46,463 nt of DNA from Craspedostauros australis (lineage: Eukaryota). Numbering within the stretch: the first letter of the stretch is position 1; each line of letters opens with the position of its first letter. The stretch is from NCBI GenBank assembly GCA_030167865.1, contig JALAGF010005870.1, positions 1 to 46,463 of the forward strand. The letters run 5' to 3'. A program made the translations under genes and the position numbers. Below are positions 12,201 to 19,541 of this stretch, in pieces. The notes below the pieces were generated by a model. It was not told where the DNA came from. It did not search any database and saw only the letters and a program-made list of their open reading frames with translations.

Positions 12201-13348
12201 AGTGGCACCCGCAGGATCAGTATCTGGTGCTCACGGGACAAGACAACAGCGTCCTTGCTGTGGAAACAACGAACGCGCGTTACGTCACCGGACACTTTTT
12301 GAGATCCATGAACCCCATCCTGGCTGTCGAATTCTCACCCGACGGCAGAATGGCCGCCGTGGGCAACGAAGCCGGAGTGATCACCATCTTCAGACTATCA
12401 GGATCCACCTTCATCTCATGCTATGAAGCGGTGCTGGATTGCGACGGGTCGCTGTCGATAGTGTGGAGCAAGAATGGATCCTTCGTCTCCATCGTCAGCG
12501 GCACCAAACTCGTCATCATCACCAAGACAAAATCGAAGGACATTCCGAAATCTGCGCCGCCGAACACATCCGGGTTCTCTGTCACGAAAGTGGTGAGAAG
12601 TCTTGGCCATGTCCATTCGGTGGCTGTGCATCCGCAGAGCAGGTACATGGCGGTGTGCGGTGACAAGAAAACGATTCTGGACGTCAACGCGGGCTTTGAA
12701 AGCGTCAAGGAATGGGCGAACGATAGCGGTGGCAAGACATTGGCGTGCGCCTGGTCCGACGACGGTTCATGGCTTGCCACGGTCGGTCAGGAGCAGCCGT
12801 TTACAGTGTACGACACCACAGCCACCAAAGTCTCCGAATGGAGGCCCGTGTTCACGGTGGAGACGGAGCAGTCCGGTTTGGCCCTTGCGTGGGGACCACC
12901 CGTGAAGCGTGGACTTCAATACTGCGCATTCGGTGGTGAGGAACAGGACATCACCATCATGGAGATCCGAAGCACGGAGCGGACATGGGAGATCATCCTG
13001 ATCGTCCCACGAGAAGGCATCGTGCACGATCTGGACTGGAACAGCGAAGGGTTGCTGGCGGCTGCCGTCGGCAACGGAACGGTGACCGTCATGGATACGT
13101 CATACTTACAGTCCGGTTGGGCCGTCAATGAGATGGACTACACCTGGCAACGCCAGGCGTTGACCTGCTTCACCGAAATCCGCAGGAACCGTGGAGTCAA
13201 TTCCATGCGAGCCGTGCGGTGGATCCCATCCGCACCAGGCTCCGACACCTTGCTTGCCGCTGGTGGCACGGACGGAGAAATCGAGATCTTGGATCTCACT
13301 GAACGAGAGCGGTGCAGCGGATTCAACAAGGTCAATTCACCAATATAG
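9224..13348 (+). CDS. Large WD40-repeat protein (about 680-aa disordered N-terminus, then probably two beta-propellers)
   Basis: Intronless ORF; first ATG at 9224. Repeated WD-type blades: CTAWSPDGKYLA, AKFSPAGRALA, LDWSANGKWLYSGGED, VEFSPDGRMAAVG, CAWSDDGSWLA, AAGGTDGEIEILD. Confidence 0.9.
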   Translation: MKPSLDTAEQRQQQQRWHQHKQIVDDTNAMTGGVEVTKTISLEALELALPRMDGEAVDATAATTLATSPMKGQRLSKMQRESPRRMLRSTKPTLSISTSSSIDDDGSGIDVNVLGSTQNQKQSPAIIFNTRSADGRPNDQSLAFASDIAKKALNSARMRRLQLQEEQIESRQLSFQYTSFSSSDYGKERVGATALASGSSMGEEKKLDRCETLDSSTAMPMTAANRITKNEVVSSKLLDAKTSAILAEAQRASSRGVNLRLVHSVTTPHSMPRSSISRASSMQSTTTATPPSAVAKPVSVLRPGTPTSITGTSARNGDNELNIRAAQILKEARAVVHERRTNASLADVEKASESSDGSTSTDHDSEQCNGDDASSDAPVEVTANFNNGNGVTVGDVIVQHPGDALDDFLTLAEQRSKEAAAEAVRDVPNEYQFRSTKDVLRMASGVLNAPSTAAAAVGLPLTPSPSKIMRMGSDGHPLTKSPVPAHDQAEKGTQNSLSPTSSDVGSFDDYEMAIGKIADKLDKGHKLSREKILKRIDGMPSPHPHDKPQHDELLATSTDGSMSVPVKKVVVQEVVARTAQREATNRYQQQQLQQQQQQHGAFSFLNYIWGSGQTPSKVNDLDIINPLSCGPVSDRPPAMATSIVRVKSEDTGFAEAVNKMQADPRMPDWFNNQLVIQNELPAGSVYHLGDSKTVIVHEIQRGNWTWCTAWSPDGKYLAMATENHHLSVVDATTSAVWRVHHDKRANGPGKKDTTHTVRSIAWGHQFIAIGGTGDAVSILAPTEPYPLLHTIKDTGFVDSLDWLMDSNTLLIGSRNGKATIVKVWARDDLSPGGPIKQRMKEIDAKELHTIDRGPAWVNVAKFSPAGRALAVADSEGILSIHSYAAKSDDSVKLNNVANFKLEDSILSLDWSANGKWLYSGGEDFAITIINTERWEAIHRIKRDCWVQFIASSASGTHVAVGGVSSEVSILGVEVGWDTILNVGLKGLVPLSAQWHPQDQYLVLTGQDNSVLAVETTNARYVTGHFLRSMNPILAVEFSPDGRMAAVGNEAGVITIFRLSGSTFISCYEAVLDCDGSLSIVWSKNGSFVSIVSGTKLVIITKTKSKDIPKSAPPNTSGFSVTKVVRSLGHVHSVAVHPQSRYMAVCGDKKTILDVNAGFESVKEWANDSGGKTLACAWSDDGSWLATVGQEQPFTVYDTTATKVSEWRPVFTVETEQSGLALAWGPPVKRGLQYCAFGGEEQDITIMEIRSTERTWEIILIVPREGIVHDLDWNSEGLLAAAVGNGTVTVMDTSYLQSGWAVNEMDYTWQRQALTCFTEIRRNRGVNSMRAVRWIPSAPGSDTLLAAGGTDGEIEILDLTERERCSGFNKVNSPI

Positions 13349-13367
13349 CATCATAATGATATGGCGA

Positions 13368-13384
13368 GTATGCATGGTACAATA
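13368..13384 (+). repeat. Target-site duplication, left copy GTATGCATGGTACAATA
   Basis: Identical to 22707-22723; the last few bases merge with the (ATA)n tail. Confidence 0.92.
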
Positions 13385-13598
13385 ATAATAATAACTCACT
13401 GACTATCCCTTGCGCACAAGGTTGCCTCGAAGGCTTTAAAGTCGCCTGCATACGGCGAGCCAAAACGGCCGACCGCGCGAGAACGACTGCTATAAGGATC
13501 TCACTTCCTCATCTTCCATAGCTTGCCATCACCATGGGTCACATAGAACATACCGCACTGGGCACCCGATTCCACATCCGCCGTGCTCTTCACTAAAA

Positions 13599-16500
13599 TC
13601 ATGCATTCCCGCGTCTCCTCCTCGCTCGTTTACGCGTCGCTTCCTGAGACTCAGACCTGCGCCCACGCTTCCTCTTCAACCTCCGTCCTGTATCGTCTTG
13701 CACTCCTTGCATTTCGGACAACCTCGCTGCGCCGTCCGCACGCGACTTCTCACTTCGGGACCCCATCTGCTGGCCCTGGCTGGCTGCTGCTCCGAGCCTC
13801 GCCGCCACCACATGCCTGACCCAAGCGAGCTGCTCCTCAACCTTCATCCGTCGAACCTGCTCCTCTGACGTGTTCAGCAGCAATCCACGATCTTGCCTTA
13901 GAAGCCCGCTGCTGCCTTGCCGCCACTCCCTTGCCACCTCCGCACTTGCTCTCCGAGCTCTCTCTGTCTGCTTGGCCCACGCCTCATTCTCGTGCAGTGC
14001 CTGGTTCCTGGCCTGCCACGCAGCCCATCGCACCTCCCACAGCCCTTGGATAGCCTTGCTAATCCAGCCTTTGGCCGTGCCGCGATGATTGCCGCTCCGA
14101 ATGGCACCGCCTTGTATTTCCCGCCACTGCTTGGACCACCTTCCCAGAACCATTTTGTCCCACCCGATCTTTTGTTGGGCCGTGGCCGCTCTGTGGACCT
14201 CTGACCATCCTTCGGGCTCGACGTCCTGTTGCTCGGTCCACTTCCGCACCTGCCGCACTATCTCCCGCACCATATGGGGTTCGCCGTTGGCCTCCATCAT
14301 CTCGCCTTCCCATTTTGCCATCGCCGACCGCCGCACTTGCACTGCCGCGGGGTGCTGGCACTGCATCACATGGGCCGTCGTCTCTTCTTCAGCCTTACAC
14401 ACAGGGCACAAGCTGTCGCTCCAGAACTTCCATTTCTTCATATTCCGCCCCACTGGGCCAAAGTGCGCCGCATGTTTCACCACCCATCGTCTTCTGTTCG
14501 CTCCCAAACTGCCCACTGCCGCTTTAACTGCGTCGCCATCCAAATCGTCCATGGCGTCACGTTTCAGTTTTGCCGTGCTGCCTTGCCATCTCTCAGTCTT
14601 TTGTCGCTGCACATACGACCTCAGCATATCCTTGGTGCTCATGCACACTTTATTGCCGCCGACCCACACGGACCACTCGCTGTCATGCCATTCCTCGTCA
14701 TAATCCTGCGCCGTCTTGCCTTGAGCATCTCCGGCCAGCTTGTCGACATCATCATTCCAGTAGGAGAATTCGTCGATCTTCACGCCGCGCGCCCTTTCCA
14801 ACTGGTGCCCATACACATGCTTGTACACCAGCTTTACCGGCATGAGTCTCTGCTCTCTGCGGATCGCTCGCAGCAGATCGAAGTGTTGCACCGTGACCGG
14901 TACATCTCTGTCGAACTCCACTGCATGGATCCCTGCCATGCGATTGTCACACGCGACCACGATTGCCGCGCTCTCTGGCCATGCTTGATCATGCTGTAGG
15001 AGTACCCGTCGCGCTGTCTCGATGGCTTTGCATATGCCTCCTAGCTCCGCTCTGTAGGCGCTCTGCACTTCCGCTCGCCCTGCTACAGGCCCGGCCATCT
15101 GAAAGCACCCTGCGCGCCGTCCTCGTATATTGAGCGAAAACGCTGCTGTGCTCCGGCTGTGTTTGAAGGAGCCATCAGTGCTGATCACGGCATTCCCTTC
15201 CTTAACAGCTTGCACCCATTCTGCCATACCCGCTTCTGCGTTGTCGCCTTCCCGTGCTCTCACTCGGTCCTCGACGTATGGTCCTGCTTCGACCACATAC
15301 ACTTTGCCTCGCGCCTCCCGCAATTTAACCTCCCTGCCGTGCACTTGATGCCTCCTCACCGCCTCTCCTGAACAGTGGAACCCTTGCATTCCTGTCGAAT
15401 CTCCCTCCTGCGCGACCCACTTCTCCCATTCGCACTCGGTTGTCCTTGTCCATACTGTTTGGCGCTGCGGGTCCCACATCGAGTACCAATCGCGCCTTTC
15501 TCTTCCATCATCCCCTGCACTGCTTTGCCGTGCCAAAAGTACAGCTCGCTTCCACAGTGCCCAATCAGATGCCGGCACTTCACCTTGCCTTGGCCATTGG
15601 ACGTGTCGTCGGCCGCTCCAGACACCTCTGGCCGTATGCTTCTGCAGGACTTCGTCCCCTCCTCGCACATCATCCACCGTCATGGTCTTCATGAGTATTC
15701 GGCAGCGGTTAAGTCGTCGCATTTGTTGTCGAGAGTATCCCAGCCGATCAAATTCCTCCATCAGCCACCTGTCGTTGTCGCGTACCTTGCGTGCACCTTT
15801 CGTCTTCTCCCGTATGCGTACCCCGTATTCTTGCGCTTCTTGCCAAACCGTTTTGATCCAACAGTCCGTCGCCAAGTAACCCCATTGCCGGAAATCCATG
15901 TCGAAAAGCGGCTTTCCGGTGCCAATCTCAACCTTGATGGCCTCGATGGACCCCCGTATGAGCCGTCCCGTCATCGTTCCCCGCTCGCCATGCTCCAGCA
16001 CCATTGCGACATGTTCCACTATTTGGGTTGTATGGAGCTCGTGCACGTCAGCTCCGAGCTGCCCTTTTGCCGCGTGTATCATTGCCCTTGGGAAACCACG
16101 ATTGTAACCCATTTTGGACATCATCACTTGCCAGACCGGCTTCATCACCTGTCGGCACTCTTGTTCTGTGAGTTGAGCAACTGGTAGCACATACTCCAGC
16201 TTCTTCAGCAGCACCGAGTTCATCGCCGCCGATGCGTCCTGCTTCCTTATGCGCTTCGTGCGCACCTGCTCAGACCATACTTTCGCCTTGTCCTCGATCG
16301 CTTGGCACACCGCACGCCCGTTGCCGTCTGGTGCCAGTCGCACGCCTAGGGTCTCAAACGCTTCACTTGTTTCGCTTCGAGGCATCTGTTGTCTTTCCGC
16401 GCTGTTGCCTCGCATGGATATGTCAGCGGGCACTTCCGAGTTGGTTGCGTATCTCCACGTTCCGTCTTGTTGCCACACAAAGTCGATCGCCCACCACATG

Positions 16501-19500
16501 CTTTTTTCCACCACCAGCGCTCCTCCTGTAGCCCTCACTAGCCTTTCCCATTCGTCGACGCTGCTCTGCATTCGCTGCACCGCTGTGTCAATACCTTCGC
16601 CCTCCCTTGCATTGACCACCAGATCGGTGTCGTCCACAAAAGCGTACCCAACGATGTTCACCGTCTCCTTGCCGGTAGCCGTGGTGAATCTTGCTGTGTG
16701 GCCCTCCTGACGCATGACGTCCAACATGGGGGACGAGATCACTGCCCATATCACTGGTCCTGCGCCATTTCCTTGATATATTCCTTGCATGGGAGTCCTG
16801 GCATGCTGTCCGCTATACGCTGACTTGGAATCCCCGAACACCGTTCTGATATAGTGCTCCAACTGCTGCAATGTAGTGAACATGCTGTGCACCTCCGTCA
16901 TGGAGATTCCTTGCCGTTGGAGCCCAATAGACGCGATGGAGTGCACTATCCGGTCGTAGCAGCTTTTTAGATCATTGGAGCAGAGAAGGCCTGGCGTTCT
17001 TGTTTGCCGTAACCAGTCGAGTGTCAACTGCTTGTTGAGAGCATGCTCGATGGCCTTGTGCCCTTTCCTGCTGCCATACTGCTCCTCTGCGAACCCCTTT
17101 TGCTTCTCGGCCTGTATCGCCGCCTTCCTGCCGATAGCTTTGTTGGAGAAATTGAAGTCGGCCTCAAACAGGACTATCGTTCGCAGTTTGTCCACTCTGT
17201 AGCTGTTGGCCTTTTTCATGAGCTCCACGTCCACGCCCTGCTTCCATCGCTTGAACGAGTAGCCTGATTTCATCGCTATTGACGACATGCTGGCTTCGAA
17301 TTCGGAGTTGCTGCGGTGTTTTGCGATGGCCTTGAAGTGGCCGAAATGTAGTCCAGAGGGTCCTGCTGAAGTGTCCTCTTTACATTTGTTCCACCCTTCT
17401 TGAAATTCGTCCGTCGTCATGCCTGCCGGTATGCTGGCTGCGGCCACAGTTCGTAGTCCTTCGATCAGCTTTTTCGCTCCTGGGTCGACCCATCTCGACA
17501 CCTTGTAGTCTCCGTTGAGCGTTGCCCTTGCAGCTGCCGATGTTCCCAGGAAGCCAAAGTCCCGCGCGAGCTCTCCGTACATAAATGGGGTATTTTCGGT
17601 TTGTCGGAACCTTCGCTTGTTCTCCTCCATACACCCCCGTTCTATGCCTTCCTGCTCCGTGCGTTCCTCCCATATCCCTTGGGCGTTCGGTGCTATCACC
17701 ATCGATATCCCGCCAACCCCTTCGTTGCCTGCTGCTTGCCGTATCCGTCGATACATCGCCCGCACCGCTTCTCGGCTTCGGAGCTGTCGTAGTTGAGCTG
17801 CCGTTCGCTGCTCTTGGCCTCGCCTCTTCGCCCTGCGCCCTTTGTTGGGTTGACGTTCTGCCTCTTTTTTCGCCCGCGCTTCTGCGATTGTCTCCAGCCA
17901 GTTGCTTCTTGACTCCGTCGCTCTCCCTCGAAAACTTTTCAGCTTCGCGTATGCTTCATCCCGCTCCTTACTCACTTCCTTCTCGCTCATTCGCACCATT
18001 TCCGCTATTTGCCTATCTTCCTTGGCTCGCTTGGCTAACCGTTTGAGTAGAGATGTTGAGACCTTTCTGCCTTGTTGCTTCCGAGCCACGTGGTTCCACA
18101 GACCTATCCTCGCTTCGATGTTCTTGTACTCCGCCGAGTATGGGATACCTCCCATTCGGAGTTTCCTGCACGCCTTGTCTGCTTTCCAAATACCTTCCAC
18201 TCTTACTCGATCCAACGCTTCGGCTTCTTGCTCTGTCTCTTCATTCCACTGTTGCTCCGCCTTTTGCTCCAGCAAGATTGCTCTGTCGTGTGCGTTGTGT
18301 TGTTTCAAATGCGCTTGGTATGCTTTATTGAATTTATCCACGATTCTTGGATCATTCGTTTTCACCCTTCGCGACACAGCCTTCCTCAATGGCGGCATTT
18401 CTTGTCCTAACACTCCTTCCATGCTCACCTCCAGCCACAGGCACCGGTGATCTGCGCATCGCTCCTGTATCCCTTCGTCCCATCGCGTCATTCCTGCTCG
18501 CTCCACTTTTACTGACTTGCTCACAAAGATCCCATCGATGGGCGTCTTTCCTAGTCGGTGCGTTGCTGTCGCGCCTGCTGTTCCGTCGTTCGCTGTCATT
18601 GCATTGGCCATGTCGGTAGTCGCCATGAATTCTTTCATTCGTTTCGACCTTGTATCCTCGTTGCAATCCATCAGTACCACAACGTGTTCCCCGTTGGCTT
18701 TCCAAAGTTTGACTTGAGCCTCCAAATCCTCCAGCATCCGGCTTCTCGGCTCAACATTCTGTCCTTTCTCATTGTAGTATTTGCGCTGTTGCGCGTATGT
18801 ATTGAGTATGCCCTTCGTCCGTGGTCGGCATGGTCGGTACGCTACCACAATTCGCAATCGCTGTTGCTTGGCACCTCGATAAAGTTGCCACACCCATCTT
18901 CCCATCTTGGTCGCGTCTTTGCCTGCTTTGATCATCCTGATGGCCGCCTGCGACCGGCTGACTATTGCCGTCCCTCCCCATTGTTTGCTCCTTGTCACTT
19001 CGTCTGTTTCGTTGTTTGCTGTTGTCACTTGTATGGTCCCTGTTGGCCACCATTCCTTCGTTCTGTTCTTGAGCTGCGCCTCCTCTGGGACTCCTCGCCA
19101 GTCCACATTGACTTCGGTAACCCCGAAAACATCAAACTCTCCTTCGTTCATCCATTGTTTCAACCCCTCGTCGACGTTGCTTCTCGCTCGTCGCAATCCT
19201 CCGAAATTTTGCATTCCTATTCTCATCCTCCCCTCCCTTTTCTTCATCATCATGTCTCCTGTCTCCTCCAGCCTGCCCTCCTCCTCACTCCCCTTCTCGC
19301 TGCGGTCACGTTGATGCGGTATATCATTTGTGATCGCAGGCGCATTCAGGCTCGGGTCGTTTCGCTGTGCTGCCCCCAGCTGTCGACCCTGCCCTCTCTG
19401 TTCAACTGTTCGCAGGCGCCGTTTCCGCGGCACCTGCTTCCGAATTTTCGCGTAGACTCCTCGGGTCGTCGGCCGTCGGTTGGTCCTTCTGTGTACGCTG

Positions 19501-19541
19501 GGTCTGTGGCGACCTTGCTTCCCGCTCGTTCTGAGCGCCAT
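13599..19541 (-). CDS. LINE ORF2: AP endonuclease, reverse transcriptase, RNase H, C-terminal CCHC zinc knuckle
   Basis: APE: MQNFGG, GVTEVN, MDCNED, PIDGIFV, ADHRCLW. RT: SAGPSG, LRTIVLFEADFN, EQYGSRKG, NDLKSCYDRI, QGIYQGNGAGP, AFVDDTDL, TLGV. RNH: STDGSF, YRAELGG, CDN, HVYGHQ, NDDVDKLA. Zinc knuckle: CPVC-x8-H-x3-C. The start could instead be the Met cluster at 19253. Confidence 0.95.
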   Translation of the reverse strand: MALRTSGKQGRHRPSVHRRTNRRPTTRGVYAKIRKQVPRKRRLRTVEQRGQGRQLGAAQRNDPSLNAPAITNDIPHQRDRSEKGSEEEGRLEETGDMMMKKREGRMRIGMQNFGGLRRARSNVDEGLKQWMNEGEFDVFGVTEVNVDWRGVPEEAQLKNRTKEWWPTGTIQVTTANNETDEVTRSKQWGGTAIVSRSQAAIRMIKAGKDATKMGRWVWQLYRGAKQQRLRIVVAYRPCRPRTKGILNTYAQQRKYYNEKGQNVEPRSRMLEDLEAQVKLWKANGEHVVVLMDCNEDTRSKRMKEFMATTDMANAMTANDGTAGATATHRLGKTPIDGIFVSKSVKVERAGMTRWDEGIQERCADHRCLWLEVSMEGVLGQEMPPLRKAVSRRVKTNDPRIVDKFNKAYQAHLKQHNAHDRAILLEQKAEQQWNEETEQEAEALDRVRVEGIWKADKACRKLRMGGIPYSAEYKNIEARIGLWNHVARKQQGRKVSTSLLKRLAKRAKEDRQIAEMVRMSEKEVSKERDEAYAKLKSFRGRATESRSNWLETIAEARAKKEAERQPNKGRRAKRRGQEQRTAAQLRQLRSREAVRAMYRRIRQAAGNEGVGGISMVIAPNAQGIWEERTEQEGIERGCMEENKRRFRQTENTPFMYGELARDFGFLGTSAAARATLNGDYKVSRWVDPGAKKLIEGLRTVAAASIPAGMTTDEFQEGWNKCKEDTSAGPSGLHFGHFKAIAKHRSNSEFEASMSSIAMKSGYSFKRWKQGVDVELMKKANSYRVDKLRTIVLFEADFNFSNKAIGRKAAIQAEKQKGFAEEQYGSRKGHKAIEHALNKQLTLDWLRQTRTPGLLCSNDLKSCYDRIVHSIASIGLQRQGISMTEVHSMFTTLQQLEHYIRTVFGDSKSAYSGQHARTPMQGIYQGNGAGPVIWAVISSPMLDVMRQEGHTARFTTATGKETVNIVGYAFVDDTDLVVNAREGEGIDTAVQRMQSSVDEWERLVRATGGALVVEKSMWWAIDFVWQQDGTWRYATNSEVPADISMRGNSAERQQMPRSETSEAFETLGVRLAPDGNGRAVCQAIEDKAKVWSEQVRTKRIRKQDASAAMNSVLLKKLEYVLPVAQLTEQECRQVMKPVWQVMMSKMGYNRGFPRAMIHAAKGQLGADVHELHTTQIVEHVAMVLEHGERGTMTGRLIRGSIEAIKVEIGTGKPLFDMDFRQWGYLATDCWIKTVWQEAQEYGVRIREKTKGARKVRDNDRWLMEEFDRLGYSRQQMRRLNRCRILMKTMTVDDVRGGDEVLQKHTARGVWSGRRHVQWPRQGEVPASDWALWKRAVLLARQSSAGDDGRERRDWYSMWDPQRQTVWTRTTECEWEKWVAQEGDSTGMQGFHCSGEAVRRHQVHGREVKLREARGKVYVVEAGPYVEDRVRAREGDNAEAGMAEWVQAVKEGNAVISTDGSFKHSRSTAAFSLNIRGRRAGCFQMAGPVAGRAEVQSAYRAELGGICKAIETARRVLLQHDQAWPESAAIVVACDNRMAGIHAVEFDRDVPVTVQHFDLLRAIRREQRLMPVKLVYKHVYGHQLERARGVKIDEFSYWNDDVDKLAGDAQGKTAQDYDEEWHDSEWSVWVGGNKVCMSTKDMLRSYVQRQKTERWQGSTAKLKRDAMDDLDGDAVKAAVGSLGANRRRWVVKHAAHFGPVGRNMKKWKFWSDSLCPVCKAEEETTAHVMQCQHPAAVQVRRSAMAKWEGEMMEANGEPHMVREIVRQVRKWTEQQDVEPEGWSEVHRAATAQQKIGWDKMVLGRWSKQWREIQGGAIRSGNHRGTAKGWISKAIQGLWEVRWAAWQARNQALHENEAWAKQTERARRASAEVAREWRQGSSGLLRQDRGLLLNTSEEQVRRMKVEEQLAWVRHVVAARLGAAASQGQQMGSRSEKSRADGAARLSEMQGVQDDTGRRLKRKRGRRSESQEATRKRARRRRGNA

